NCBI GenBank assembly: GCA_965248835.1
Contig: CBDFLJ010000001.1
Span: forward strand, 928,001-992,000
DNA: 64,000 bases
Source of the DNA: Alphaproteobacteria bacterium
Lineage (GTDB): Bacteria; Pseudomonadota; Alphaproteobacteria; MPNO01
Direction of reading: 5' to 3'
The position numbers and the translations under genes were made by a program. How positions within the stretch are numbered: the first letter of the stretch is position 1; the number at the start of each line of letters is the position of its first letter. This document shows positions 1 to 9,733 of the stretch, in pieces. The notes under the pieces were generated by a model. That model did no database searches. It worked only from the letters and a program-made list of their open reading frames with translations, and was not told the DNA's origin.

Positions 1-37
1 CATCGCAGCTCGTCTCGATGCCAAGCACCAGGGTCAT
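1..37 (-). CDS. tsaD: tRNA N6-adenosine threonylcarbamoyltransferase TsaD (5' end only, runs off window)
   Basis: Minus-strand translation from ATG at 37 is MTLVLGIETSCD, the TsaD N-terminal signature; GAGGAG SD just upstream; divergent from hemC as usual in Alphaproteobacteria. Confidence 0.9.
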   Translation of the reverse strand, partial: MTLVLGIETSCD

Positions 38-204
38 GGCTCCTCGCGAGCCGGCGGCGCGCGCCGGGCGGTGCGCGCGACGGTTTTTTCGCTCGCCCGG
101 TCATACGCCTTGCCGGTCGGGCGGCGCTTGGCGCCCAGCGCCCTCAGCGTCCGCCAGTACGGGTCGCGCGGCGCGGCGGCAGGCTTTTTCGGCTTCTTTG
201 ACAT
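34..204 (-). CDS. small basic hypothetical protein (56 aa)
   Basis: MSKKPKKPAAAPRDPYWRTLRALGAKRRPTGKAYDRASEK...; GC-rich third codon positions; stop overlaps the tsaD start (ATGA). Confidence 0.6.
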   Translation of the reverse strand: MSKKPKKPAAAPRDPYWRTLRALGAKRRPTGKAYDRASEKTVARTARRAPPAREEP

Positions 205-252
205 CGTTCCGTTTATGGCCGCATATGGCTCGGTTGCTGACGGCGGTGGGCG

Positions 253-1194
253 ATGAGCGCTCGGATCAGGATCGGAACGCGGGGCAGCCCGCTCGCGCTC
301 GCTCAGGCCGATGAGGTGCGCACCCGCCTGGCCGCCGCCGACCCGGCGCTCCGGGAAGACGGCACGATCGAGATCGTAGTCATCCATACCACGGGCGACC
401 GCATGACGCAGGGCCCGTTGTCGGCGATCGGCGGCAAGGGCCTGTTCACCAAGGAGGTCGAAGAGGCGCTGATCGACCGCCGTATCGACGTCGCGGTGCA
501 TTCGATGAAGGATGTCGCGACGCTCATGCCCGGCGGTCTGTTGATCGCAGCCCTGCTGCCGCGCGAGGATCCGCGCGATGCCTTCCTCACCGCCGACCCC
601 GGCGGCGGCCCCGCCGGCCCCGCTGCCCTGCCGGTCGGTGCGGTCGTCGGCACCGCCTCGCTCCGCCGCGCAGCACTGCTGCGCAACAGGCGGCCCGACC
701 TGCAGGTGGTGCCGTTTCGCGGCAACGTCAACACACGGCTGCGCAAGCTCGCCGCGGGCGAGGTCGCAGCGACCCTGCTGGCGGTTGCCGGGCTCAAGCG
801 GCTGGGTCTGGCGGGCAAGGCCCGATCGGTGCTGTCGAGCGAGGAGATGCTGCCCGCCGTCTGCCAGGGCATCATCGGGCTGCAGTGCCGCGAAGACGAC
901 GCGGCTGTCCGCAACCGGCTGGCCGGCGTGAACGATCCCCAGAGCACGCTCGCTGCGACGGCCGAGCGCACGCTGCTCGCCGGGCTGGACGGCTCGTGCC
1001 GGACGCCGATCGCCGCCCTGGCCGAATCGGCGGCGGGCGCGCTGTCCTTGCGCGCGCTGATCGTGCGGCCGGACGGCACCGGGCTGGTGAGCGCCGCGCG
1101 CAGCGGCTGCCCGGACGACGCCGCGGCGATGGGACGCGACGCCGCCGAAGAGTTGCGCGCCCGCGCCGGGCCCGAATATTTTTCGTCTTTGTGA
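253..1194 (+). CDS. hemC: hydroxymethylbilane synthase (porphobilinogen deaminase)
   Basis: IRIGTRGSPLALAQA, GGKGLFTKE, AVHSMKD, RGNVNTRL and LDGSCRTPIA motifs. Confidence 0.97.
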   Translation: MSARIRIGTRGSPLALAQADEVRTRLAAADPALREDGTIEIVVIHTTGDRMTQGPLSAIGGKGLFTKEVEEALIDRRIDVAVHSMKDVATLMPGGLLIAALLPREDPRDAFLTADPGGGPAGPAALPVGAVVGTASLRRAALLRNRRPDLQVVPFRGNVNTRLRKLAAGEVAATLLAVAGLKRLGLAGKARSVLSSEEMLPAVCQGIIGLQCREDDAAVRNRLAGVNDPQSTLAATAERTLLAGLDGSCRTPIAALAESAAGALSLRALIVRPDGTGLVSAARSGCPDDAAAMGRDAAEELRARAGPEYFSSL

Positions 1195-1949
1195 CAGCCG
1201 AACCGGTTCGCGCGCTGGTCACCCGCCCGGCCGAGGACGCGGGACCGCTGTGCCGGCGCTTGAGAGCGCTGGGCATCGCGCCGGTCGCAGAGCCGCTGCT
1301 CGCGATCGAGCCGGACGGCGGCCGCTCCCTCGACCTCGCCGGCGCGCAGGCCGTGCTGGTGACCAGCCGCAACGGAGCCAGGGCGCTCGCCGCGGCAACC
1401 CCGGCCCGCGATGTCGCGGTGCTGGCGGTGGGCGACGCCACCGCCGATACGGCCCGTGCGGCCGGGTTCACCAATGTCTTGAGCGCGGGTGGGGCGAGCG
1501 GCGACCTCGAAAGGCTTGTCGGCGCACGACTCGATCCGGATGGCGGCCGGCTGGTTCATGCTGCCGGCGAGACGGCGGCCGGCGATCTCGCTGCCGCGCT
1601 GTCGGCAAAAGGCTTCACTGTCGACCGAGAGGTGTTGTACAAGGCGGTGCCCGCAACGGCGTTGACGGCTACCACCGCAGCGCTGATCTCGGAGGCGCGC
1701 CTGGCGATGGCGCTGTTCTTCTCGCCCCGCACCGCGGCGATCTTCGCCGCGCTCGCACGCGCGGACGGCCTCGAGGCGGCCTGCGCAGCGGTCCTGGCCG
1801 TGTTCATCTCTCCCGCAGCCTCGCACGAGGCGCGTGCGCTGCCCTGGCGCGGAGCGTGGTGTGCGGCAAGCCCGGACATGGCGGGCTTCATCGAGGCCGT
1901 CGCCGCGGCCCGACGAGCGATTGGCCCAACCCGGGACGAGAATGGCTGA
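1191..1949 (+). CDS. hemD: uroporphyrinogen-III synthase
   Basis: GTG start overlapping hemC stop; LVTRP, VTSRNG, AVGDATA and FFSPRTA motifs. Confidence 0.92.
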   Translation: MTAEPVRALVTRPAEDAGPLCRRLRALGIAPVAEPLLAIEPDGGRSLDLAGAQAVLVTSRNGARALAAATPARDVAVLAVGDATADTARAAGFTNVLSAGGASGDLERLVGARLDPDGGRLVHAAGETAAGDLAAALSAKGFTVDREVLYKAVPATALTATTAALISEARLAMALFFSPRTAAIFAALARADGLEAACAAVLAVFISPAASHEARALPWRGAWCAASPDMAGFIEAVAAARRAIGPTRDENG

Positions 1950-3315
1950 CATGTCCGATCCCAAAGACCCTGGCGAAGACCCCATCGCGGACGGCGGCAC
2001 CTCCGCTCCGATCGACGAGGAGGCGCCGCAGCCCTGGGGCGCCGGCGCACGCCCGCCGCGCAACAGGCGAACCCGGCTGTGGGCGGCGGCTGCGGCGGTC
2101 GTCGCGGTCGTCGTGGTTGCGGTGGGCGTGACCGCTTGGTTGGCGCTCGAAGGATCGCTGCCGCGCGGGCCCGATCCGGCGCTCCTCGCTCTTGACGGGC
2201 GCATCGACCGGCTGGCGGCCGAGGTCGCACGGCTCGATGCAGCCCGGCCTGCCGCCCGATCCGGCGAGGACGAGGCGGCACTGGCGACGATCCAGGCCAC
2301 GGTCTCCCGGCTTACCGCGCGCCTCGGGGCGCTGGAAGCCAGCCCCGTGCCCGGCAGCGCAGCAGCGGCACCACCGGACGGCCGAATCGCGGCGCTAACC
2401 GAAAGGCTCGCTGCGCTCGAGCGAGCCGGTGCTTGGCCGAGCCTTCTGGCCGAACGCCTGGAAAAGCTCGAACGCCGGGTGGCGTCCGAGACGGGTTCCG
2501 CGGCGGACGACCGCAGCGACGCTGCGCTTGCCCGGGTCTCGGCGGAGAACCAACGCCTGGCCGCGGCGCTGGAGCGCATGTCGGGACAGATCGCCGGCCT
2601 CGAGGCCCGGCGCGCCGAGGCGGCCGAGGCGGCGGCGGCGCGCCAGGGCCTCGACCGCGACCTGCGGACCGTCGCCGGTCGGCTCGCGCGGTTGGAGGCC
2701 AAGGCGGCCCGGCTGGCCGATGCCGCGTTCACCCGCAAGGGCGATGCGCTGCTGCTTGCGATCGGCCAGCTACGCGATGCGATGGCCAGCGACCGGCCGT
2801 TCACGGGCGAGCTCGGCGCGGTGCTGCGGATCGCCGGCGCGCACAGCTTCGTCACGGAGGTGACGGCGCCGATCGGACCGCTGGCGGCCCGCGGCATCGC
2901 GACCCAGGCGCAGCTCGTCGCCCGCTTCCCCCGCCTCGCCGCCATGGCGGCCCAGGCGGCGATCGCGCCGGAGGACGGCGGCTGGATCAGCCGCGCCGTC
3001 GCCCGGCTCGCCCAGGTGGTCACCGTCAGGCGCGTCGGCGCGGATGTGAGCGGCGAGACCGCCATGGCGGCCCTTGCCCGCGCCGAGGCGAAGCTCGCAT
3101 CCGGCGATCTCGCCGGCGCCGAGGCCGCGCTCGATCCCCTCGCCGGCAAGCCGGCGGAGGTGCTGGCCGACTGGCGCGCCGCCGCTGCAGCCCGGACCGC
3201 CGCCCGGGCCGCGATCGCCCGGCTCAGCAGCGAGACCATCGCGCGGCTGTCCCGCGCGGCCGGTGCGGACGCCGATGGCGGCACCGACCGGGCGGCCAAC
3301 GGTGCCGCCCGATGA
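1942..3315 (+). CDS. COG4223 / mitofilin-domain inner membrane protein (alphaMic60-like)
   Basis: Single N-terminal TM segment, long coiled coil, C-terminal mitofilin-like region (RPFTGEL...VVTVRR...ARAEAKLASGDL...DWRAAA); located between hemD and hemY. Confidence 0.8.
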   Translation: MADMSDPKDPGEDPIADGGTSAPIDEEAPQPWGAGARPPRNRRTRLWAAAAAVVAVVVVAVGVTAWLALEGSLPRGPDPALLALDGRIDRLAAEVARLDAARPAARSGEDEAALATIQATVSRLTARLGALEASPVPGSAAAAPPDGRIAALTERLAALERAGAWPSLLAERLEKLERRVASETGSAADDRSDAALARVSAENQRLAAALERMSGQIAGLEARRAEAAEAAAARQGLDRDLRTVAGRLARLEAKAARLADAAFTRKGDALLLAIGQLRDAMASDRPFTGELGAVLRIAGAHSFVTEVTAPIGPLAARGIATQAQLVARFPRLAAMAAQAAIAPEDGGWISRAVARLAQVVTVRRVGADVSGETAMAALARAEAKLASGDLAGAEAALDPLAGKPAEVLADWRAAAAARTAARAAIARLSSETIARLSRAAGADADGGTDRAANGAAR

Positions 3316-4778
3316 TGCGGCGGCTGATCGGCTGGATCATCGGGATCGGCCTGCTGGTCGGGCTCGCGGTGTGGCTTGCCGATCATCCGGGCACGGCGCG
3401 GCTGGAATGGCGGAGCTGGCGGGTCGACACCAGCGTCGCGATCCTGCTCGGCGGAATTGCGGCGGTGGCGCTTGCGACCGCAATCGTCTACCGCGGCCTG
3501 GCGGCGGCCGCGCGCATCCCGCGGCGTATCCTGGTCTTCCGCCGGAGCGCGCGGCGCGAAAAGGGCTATCGCGCGCTGACCCGGGGCCTGGTCGCGGTGG
3601 CCGCGGGCGACGTGGCCGAGGCCGAGCGCCAAGCCCGCCGCGCAAACGACCTCCTGGACGACCCGCCGCTGACGATGCTCCTGAGCGCGCAGGCCGCTCA
3701 GCTCGCCGGTGATGATGTGGCCGCCCGGCAGTATTTCTCCGGCATGCTGGAAAAGCCCGAGACCGCTTTTCTGGCGCTCCGCGGCCTTCTCTTGCAGGCC
3801 CAGCGCGAGGATGACGACGACGCGGCGCTCGACTATGCCCGGCGCGCCTTCGCGCTCCGGCCGAAGACTCCCTGGGTGGTGACCACGCTGTTCGACCTCC
3901 AGGTCGACCGTGGGCTGTGGCACGAGGCGCTGAGCACGGTGGAGACCGGTCTGAAGAACGGGGTCTTCACCGGCGAGGACGGCAAGCGGCGCCGGGTGGT
4001 CACGCTCCTGGCCTGCTCGGCGGCTTCGGGCGATGACGGCGAGACCCGGCGCGCGCTCGATTTCGCCAGGCGGGCGCACGGGCTCGCGCCCGAGTTCCTG
4101 CCGGCGACCCTGCGCTATGCCGGGCTGCAGATCGGCGGCGGCCACCGCCGTTCCGCCGCCAAGCTGATCGAAGGCGCCTGGTCGACCCGCCCGCATCCCG
4201 AGCTCGCCCGGCTCTACCTGTCCATCGGCTCGAGCGAGGATGCGCTCGCCCGGATGCGCCGGATCGAGCGGCTGGTCTCCCACAACCCGAGCCACCCCGA
4301 GAGCCACCTCGCGCTCGCCGCCGCTGCAATCGAGGCATCGATCTGGGGCAGCGCGCGCGGCCATCTGGAGGCGGCCGATTCCGCCGACGGGCGCGACGCG
4401 CGGCTCTGCCGGCTGCGCGCGGATGTCGAGGAGGCCGAGCACGGCGAGGTCGATGCCGTCCGCCACTGGCTGCTCGCCGCCGCCGAAGCGCCGCCCGAGC
4501 CGGCCTGGGTGTGTGGGGACTGCGGCGCTGCCTGGCGTCACTGGAGCCCGGTCTGCGGTCATTGCGAGGCTTTCGCCACGCTGGTCTGGTCGGCCCCCCG
4601 GCGCGTCCGCGAGCTCCTCGGTCCCACGGCGGCGGCGCCGGATCCCGTTACGGCACCGGAGCATGCGGACGATCCCGCCCCGCCCGTCGAGCCGGCGCCC
4701 GTGGCCGATCCGGGCCCCGGGGACATCCGCTTCACCGAATCGCGCCCCGACAGCCGCCCGTCGGAGCCCCGCCCCTGA
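3312..4778 (+). CDS. HemY-family TPR membrane protein (HemY_N domain)
   Basis: Two N-terminal TM helices with WLADHPG, TPR-like helices, C-terminal WVCGDCG...VCGHC motif; conserved position after COG4223. Confidence 0.85.
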   Translation: MMRRLIGWIIGIGLLVGLAVWLADHPGTARLEWRSWRVDTSVAILLGGIAAVALATAIVYRGLAAAARIPRRILVFRRSARREKGYRALTRGLVAVAAGDVAEAERQARRANDLLDDPPLTMLLSAQAAQLAGDDVAARQYFSGMLEKPETAFLALRGLLLQAQREDDDDAALDYARRAFALRPKTPWVVTTLFDLQVDRGLWHEALSTVETGLKNGVFTGEDGKRRRVVTLLACSAASGDDGETRRALDFARRAHGLAPEFLPATLRYAGLQIGGGHRRSAAKLIEGAWSTRPHPELARLYLSIGSSEDALARMRRIERLVSHNPSHPESHLALAAAAIEASIWGSARGHLEAADSADGRDARLCRLRADVEEAEHGEVDAVRHWLLAAAEAPPEPAWVCGDCGAAWRHWSPVCGHCEAFATLVWSAPRRVRELLGPTAAAPDPVTAPEHADDPAPPVEPAPVADPGPGDIRFTESRPDSRPSEPRP

Positions 4779-4845
4779 CCCCGCCCGAGGGCGTACCGGA
4801 TAGGTATGGAACGGGAACCGGTTTTGCGTATAGTACCGCCCCGCT

Positions 4846-4921
4846 GCCGCCTTAGCTCAGCTGGTAGAGCATCGCATTCGTAATGCGGGGGTCGTAGGTT
4901 CGAGTCCTACAGGCGGCACCA
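4846..4921 (+). tRNA. tRNA-Thr(CGT)
   Basis: Cloverleaf GCCGCCT/AGGCGGC acceptor stem, anticodon loop TT-CGT-AA, GTTCGAGT T-loop, encoded CCA. Confidence 0.96.
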
Positions 4922-4964
4922 TAGTCCGCGTTGTCCGACCCGGAGACATAGGTAACGGAACGCC

Positions 4965-5930
4965 TCAGCCTGGGTTGCGGATCAGCGTGCCGGCGCCGGA
5001 CTGGGTGAAGGCTTCCAGCAGGATCGCGTGCGGCATGCGCCCATCGAGGATGACCGCGGCCTCGACCGCGTTCTCGACCGCGTGCATGCAGGTCTCGAGC
5101 TTGGGGATCATGCCGCCGGTCACCACGCCCTTCCTGACGTACTGGCGGGCCTGGCGGACCGTCATCTCGCTGATCAGCGAGCCTTCCTCGTCGAGCACGC
5201 CGGCGACGTCGGTCAGCATCAGCAGCCGGGCCGCGCCCATCTCGGCGGCGATCGCCCCGGCCACGGTATCGGCGTTGATGTTGTAGGTCGTGCCGTCCGC
5301 GCCGACTCCGATCGGGGCGACGACCGGGATGATCGCCGAGCGCTCGAGCGTGCGCAGGACTTCCGCGTTGACCGCCTGGGGCTCGCCGACGAAGCCGAGA
5401 TCGAGCACCTTTTCGATGTTGGAGTCCGAGGTGCGCCGCTTCCGGCGCAGCTTGCGCGCCTGGATGAGGTTGCCGTCCTTGCCCGACAGCCCCACCGCGG
5501 TGCCGCCGGCGGCATTTATCGCGGTCACGATCTGCTTGTTGATCGAGCCGCTCAGGACCATCTCGACGATCTCGACGGTCGACCGGTCGGTCACCCGGAG
5601 CCCGTCGACGAACGAGCTCTGGATCCTCAGCCGGTCGAGCATCTGGCCGATCTGCGGACCGCCGCCATGGACGACCACCGGGTTGATGCCCACCCGCTTG
5701 AGCAGCACGACGTCGCGGGCGAAACCCGCGGCAAGGGCCGCATCGCCCATCGCGTGGCCGCCATACTTGATCACGAAGGTCTGCCCGGCGTGCAGCCGCA
5801 GGAAGGGCAGCGCCTCGGAGAGTGTCGCCGCCTTGTCCAGCGAGCGCTCCAGATCGGTCGGCCCGGCCGGCTTGCGCGCCGCCTTGCCGCGCGGTTTCGA
5901 CGGTGCGGTGGATCTACGCCCGGTCGCCAT
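4965..5930 (-). CDS. argB: acetylglutamate kinase
   Basis: [28 protein letters not shown] and GGMIPK motifs. Confidence 0.97.
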   Translation of the reverse strand: MATGRRSTAPSKPRGKAARKPAGPTDLERSLDKAATLSEALPFLRLHAGQTFVIKYGGHAMGDAALAAGFARDVVLLKRVGINPVVVHGGGPQIGQMLDRLRIQSSFVDGLRVTDRSTVEIVEMVLSGSINKQIVTAINAAGGTAVGLSGKDGNLIQARKLRRKRRTSDSNIEKVLDLGFVGEPQAVNAEVLRTLERSAIIPVVAPIGVGADGTTYNINADTVAGAIAAEMGAARLLMLTDVAGVLDEEGSLISEMTVRQARQYVRKGVVTGGMIPKLETCMHAVENAVEAAVILDGRMPHAILLEAFTQSGAGTLIRNPG

Positions 5931-5941
5931 GGCGGCGCACT

Positions 5942-6601
5942 CTATCCCACCCTGCCCGGCCGCGCCAAGGCCGCGAGGTCGGCCCGCAAGGCTTCGATTC
6001 CGTGGCCGGTCCGGGCGCTGGTCACCGCCAGGCTCGGGTACGCCGCGACGTGTTGGGAAAGCTCGGCCGCGACCCCGCGGGTCGCGGACTCGAGCATCGC
6101 AGCGGAGGTCTTGTCGGCCTTGGTCAGCACGCCTTGGAACGACACCGCGGCCTCGTCCAGCATCATCATCAGCGCCCTGTCGGCCTCACGCACGCCGTGG
6201 CGGGCGTCGATCAGCAGGCAAAGCCGGGCCAGGTCCGCCCGGCCGCGCAGATACGCGCGTACCAGCGCAGTCCAATCGCGGATCAGCGCCTTGGAGGCCC
6301 GCGCATAGCCGTAGCCCGGCAGATCGACCAGCATCAGACGCTGCTCCAGCGCGAAGAAGTTGAGCTGGCGCGTGCGCCCCGGGGTATGCGACGTGCGCGC
6401 GAGTGTCTTGCGCCCGGTGAGCGCGTTGACCAGCGATGACTTGCCGACGTTCGAGCGGCCGGCGAAGGCGATCTCGGGCAGGCGCGGCGCGGGCAAGGCG
6501 CCCAGATCGGGCGCGCCCGCAACGAACTCACATCGTCCGGCGAACAGCACCCGGCCGCGCTCGATCGCGGCTCCGGCTTCGGCCTGGCTGGTGTGGTCCA
6601 C
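5942..6601 (-). CDS. engB: ribosome biogenesis GTP-binding protein YihA/YsxC
   Basis: [16 protein letters not shown] and TKADK motifs; downstream of yidC. Confidence 0.95.
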   Translation of the reverse strand: MDHTSQAEAGAAIERGRVLFAGRCEFVAGAPDLGALPAPRLPEIAFAGRSNVGKSSLVNALTGRKTLARTSHTPGRTRQLNFFALEQRLMLVDLPGYGYARASKALIRDWTALVRAYLRGRADLARLCLLIDARHGVREADRALMMMLDEAAVSFQGVLTKADKTSAAMLESATRGVAAELSQHVAAYPSLAVTSARTGHGIEALRADLAALARPGRVG

Positions 6602-6616
6602 CGCGCGGATCCCGAC

Positions 6617-8662
6617 TCACGAGCGGTTCCGGCCCGGACGCTTGCGCCGGTTGGCGCCGGACCGCCGCCCGCCCGCCGCGGCGGGCTTGGCGTCGCCCGG
6701 CATCGGTTTGGTGCCGGCGGCCTTGGCGCGGCTCGCCTTGCTGCCGCCGGAACCGGCTGCGCTCGCGGCGCTCTTGGCCGTACTCTTGGCCGTGCTCTTG
6801 GGCGTGCCCTTGGCGGATGACTTCGACCGGCCGCCGCCGCTGCCGCCCGTGACCGTCGCCATGCTCAAGGGCGCCGTCGTCTGGCCGGAGACGGTCACGC
6901 CCATCCGGCGCATGATCAGCCACTGCTGGCCGATCGACAGCAGGTTGTTCCACGCCCAATAGATCACCAGCCCGGCCGGGAACTGGCCCAGCATGAAGGT
7001 GAACACGATCGGCAGCATCAAGAAGATCTTGGCCTGGGTGGGATCGGCAGGCTGCGGGTTGAGCTTCTGCTGCAGGTACATCGTCCCGCCCATGATCAGC
7101 GGCCAAATGCCGATATTGGCGATCTGCAGCATCTGCGGGACCGACCAGTCGACCAGCCCGAACGCGGTCAGGATGCCCAACGGATCGGGCGCCGACAGGT
7201 CGTGGATCCAGAGGTAGAACGGCGCATGCCGCATCTCGATGGACACGAACAGCACCTTGTAGAGCGCGAAGAAGACCGGGATCTGGATCAGGATCGGGAA
7301 GCAGCCGCTGATCGGGTTGGCGTTCTCCTTCTTGTAGAGCGCCATCATCTCCTGGTTCTGGCGCACCCGGTCGTCCTTGAACCGGTCGCGGATCTCCATC
7401 ATCTTGGGCTGCAGCCTCTTCAGCCGGCTCATCGAGCGGTAGGACTTGTTGGCGAGCGGGAAAAAGGCGATCTTGATCAGGACCGTCAGCAGCAGGATCG
7501 CCAGGCCGAAATTGCCGATCTGGCGGTTGAAGTATTCGATCACGTAGAAGATCGGCTTGGTCAGGAAATAGAACCAGCCGAAATCGACCGCGAGGTCGAA
7601 GCGGGCGATGCCGAGCTTCTCCTCGTAGGCGTCGAGCAGGCGGACCTCCTTGGCGCCGGCGAACAGCCGATGGATGACCTGCGCCGACCCGCCGGGTCCG
7701 ATCGTGAGCCGATCGCCCAGCGTGTCGACCTGATACTTGTCGATCTTGCCCTCGAGCGTGTGGTTGAACCGGCTGGCGATATTGGCCTTCTGGTCGGGCA
7801 CCAGCGCGGCGAGCCAATACTTGTCGGTGATACCGATCCAGCCGCCGCGGCTTGTCTGGTCGATCGTGCCCTCGTCCTGGAGGTCGTCGTAGTCGACTTC
7901 CTTCAGGGTGTCAGAGAAGACCCCCAACAGGCCCTCGTGCAGAATCCAGAAGCCCAGCGTGTCGGGCGTCCCGGTCCGCGAAATCAGCCCGTACGGTCTG
8001 AGATCGACCGGCGCGGCACCGCGGTTGATGACCCGCTGGGTGATGGTGAACATGTAGTTGGCATCGAGCGCGATCTCCTGGCTGAACACCAGCCCCGCGC
8101 CGTTGTCCCAGCGCAGCACCAGCTGCCGGTCGGGGGACAGCACCAACCCGTCGGCCTGCCAGATGGTATCGAGCGACGGCGCGGCGACGGCGCTGGAGAC
8201 CGGCACCCAGCCGAACTGCGCGAAATACGGGTTCTCGTCGCCGGGAGGCGAGAACAGGGTGATCTGCGTGCTGTCGGCTTCCAGGCTCTCGCGATACTGG
8301 GTCAGCAGGAGGTGGTCGATCCGCGCGCCGCGCAGCGAGACCGACCCCTCCAGCCGGTGCGAGCGGATGTCGGCCCGCGGATCGGCCACCGCTCTGTCCG
8401 CCGCCTGGGCAGCGCTGCCGGGCATCGGCGCGCTTCCGCGATCGCCGGGCAGCGACGGCGCGCCTGCACTTGTACCGGGCGGCTTGACGGGCACCGGCGC
8501 TTGCGTCTCGGGCATGACTTCGCCGGCAGCCTCGCGGCGGGCTTTCTCGGCTTGCTGGGCGGCGCGCTCACGCTCCAGCCGCGGCGCCTCGAAGAGGAAC
8601 TGGTAGGCCAGCAGGATGCTGACCGAAAAGACGATCGCGAACAGGAGATTGCGTTGGTCCAT
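6617..8662 (-). CDS. yidC: membrane protein insertase YidC with long basic C-terminal tail
   Basis: MDQRNLLFAIVFS start; DFGWFYFLTKP, GCFPILIQIPVFFALY, WIHDLSAPDP and GLVIYWAWNNLLS motifs. Confidence 0.97.
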   Translation of the reverse strand: MDQRNLLFAIVFSVSILLAYQFLFEAPRLERERAAQQAEKARREAAGEVMPETQAPVPVKPPGTSAGAPSLPGDRGSAPMPGSAAQAADRAVADPRADIRSHRLEGSVSLRGARIDHLLLTQYRESLEADSTQITLFSPPGDENPYFAQFGWVPVSSAVAAPSLDTIWQADGLVLSPDRQLVLRWDNGAGLVFSQEIALDANYMFTITQRVINRGAAPVDLRPYGLISRTGTPDTLGFWILHEGLLGVFSDTLKEVDYDDLQDEGTIDQTSRGGWIGITDKYWLAALVPDQKANIASRFNHTLEGKIDKYQVDTLGDRLTIGPGGSAQVIHRLFAGAKEVRLLDAYEEKLGIARFDLAVDFGWFYFLTKPIFYVIEYFNRQIGNFGLAILLLTVLIKIAFFPLANKSYRSMSRLKRLQPKMMEIRDRFKDDRVRQNQEMMALYKKENANPISGCFPILIQIPVFFALYKVLFVSIEMRHAPFYLWIHDLSAPDPLGILTAFGLVDWSVPQMLQIANIGIWPLIMGGTMYLQQKLNPQPADPTQAKIFLMLPIVFTFMLGQFPAGLVIYWAWNNLLSIGQQWLIMRRMGVTVSGQTTAPLSMATVTGGSGGGRSKSSAKGTPKSTAKSTAKSAASAAGSGGSKASRAKAAGTKPMPGDAKPAAAGGRRSGANRRKRPGRNRS

Positions 8663-8684
8663 TACCGCACCTGCCCGCTCGCGC

Positions 8685-8957
8685 TCATGGCCGCCACCGC
8701 CGGGGCAGGCGCAGCCGTTCGGGAACCGGGTCGTGGCCGCAGCCGCCCCAGGGCTGGCAGCGCAGCACCCGCCAAAGGGCGAGCCCCGCCCCGCCGATCG
8801 GCCCGTGGCGGTCGAGCGCCTGGATGGCATAGTTCGAGCAGCTCGGCTCGAATCGGCAGCTCATCGGCAGAACCGGCGACAGCACAAGCTGATAAGCCCT
8901 CAAGGGTGCCTTCAGAAGGCCGGCCACCACCTTGCCCAACACGCCAATCCCCGTCAT
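8685..8957 (-). CDS. yidD: membrane protein insertion efficiency factor YidD
   Basis: CRFEPSCSNYA...RCQPWGGCGHDPVP; between rnpA and yidC. Confidence 0.93.
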   Translation of the reverse strand: MTGIGVLGKVVAGLLKAPLRAYQLVLSPVLPMSCRFEPSCSNYAIQALDRHGPIGGAGLALWRVLRCQPWGGCGHDPVPERLRLPRRWRP

Positions 8958-9346
8958 CGCACCCCGTTCCGGCGCGGCGTTCCATCGGTTGCCTGGCCCC
9001 GGCGCTCGCCGGACTCCTCGATCCGGCGCAGGGCTGTTTCCATATCCCGGACGAGCGCCGCATACGGCCGGGTGACGGTCGCGGCGCGTCCGATCAGCAC
9101 ATAGTCGCGGCCCGGCATGGCCCGCTTCGCCAGCACCTGTTCGGCAACCGCCCGCAGGCGCCTGCGGGCCCGGTTGCGCGCCACCGCCCCGCCGACCTTG
9201 CGCGAGACCGTGAAGCCGACCCTCACCTCGACGCTTCCGCCTTCAGCGGCGCGGCGCACCTGGAGGACCAGGCCCGGCGTGACCGCCTTACGGCCGCCGC
9301 GGGCCACACGGAGAAACTCGCGTCGCTTTTTCAGGCGGTCGAGCAC
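8954..9346 (-). CDS. rnpA: ribonuclease P protein component
   Basis: RLKKRREF and RVGFTVSRKVGGAVARNRARRRLR (RNR motif). Confidence 0.95.
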   Translation of the reverse strand: MLDRLKKRREFLRVARGGRKAVTPGLVLQVRRAAEGGSVEVRVGFTVSRKVGGAVARNRARRRLRAVAEQVLAKRAMPGRDYVLIGRAATVTRPYAALVRDMETALRRIEESGERRGQATDGTPRRNGVR

Positions 9347-9356
9347 GACACCGCGC

Positions 9357-9491
9357 TCAGGCCGAAAGGCGCTTGCGACCCTTGGCGCGGCGGTTCGACA
9401 GGACCCGGCGGCCGCCTACGGTCGCGCGTCGAGCGCGGTATCCGTGGCGCCGTTTGCGGACCAGGACGCTCGGCTGAAATGTGCGTTTCAA
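9357..9491 (-). CDS. rpmH: 50S ribosomal protein L34
   Basis: TTG start; [43 protein letters not shown] (44 aa). Confidence 0.96.
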   Translation of the reverse strand: MKRTFQPSVLVRKRRHGYRARRATVGGRRVLSNRRAKGRKRLSA

Positions 9492-9534
9492 GGCGAAACT
9501 CCGGGGCTCGGACGGCGTCCGAAACAAGCCCCGC

Positions 9535-9563
9535 TGTATAGAGAACGCTCCGGTTGGTGTCAA
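9535..9563 (-). promoter_or_regulatory. sigma70 promoter of the rpmH operon
   Basis: Minus strand TTGACA-17 bp-TATACA, 44 bp upstream of the rpmH start. Confidence 0.75.
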
Positions 9564-9733
9564 TGCGGCACACAGCGTCGCCCGACCACGCCCGCGCACT
9601 CTCACGGTTTGTTGACAGAGGATGGATTGGTAAGCTCACACCGATGTGATCAGATGCCGCACAATGGCGTGTATGGCGGCGTGCATGGCGGCGCGCGAGG
9701 CGGCGCGTCCAAGCGCAGGGGAGCGGTGCGACG

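Noticed and set aside
303-4664. 1453-aa minus-strand ORF and many other long antisense or alternate-frame ORFs (e.g. 7202-9541, 37700-39742, 47578-49689)
   Set aside because: Shadow ORFs of real genes, caused by stop-codon scarcity in high-GC DNA; Arg/Pro/Ala-rich with no recognisable motifs.
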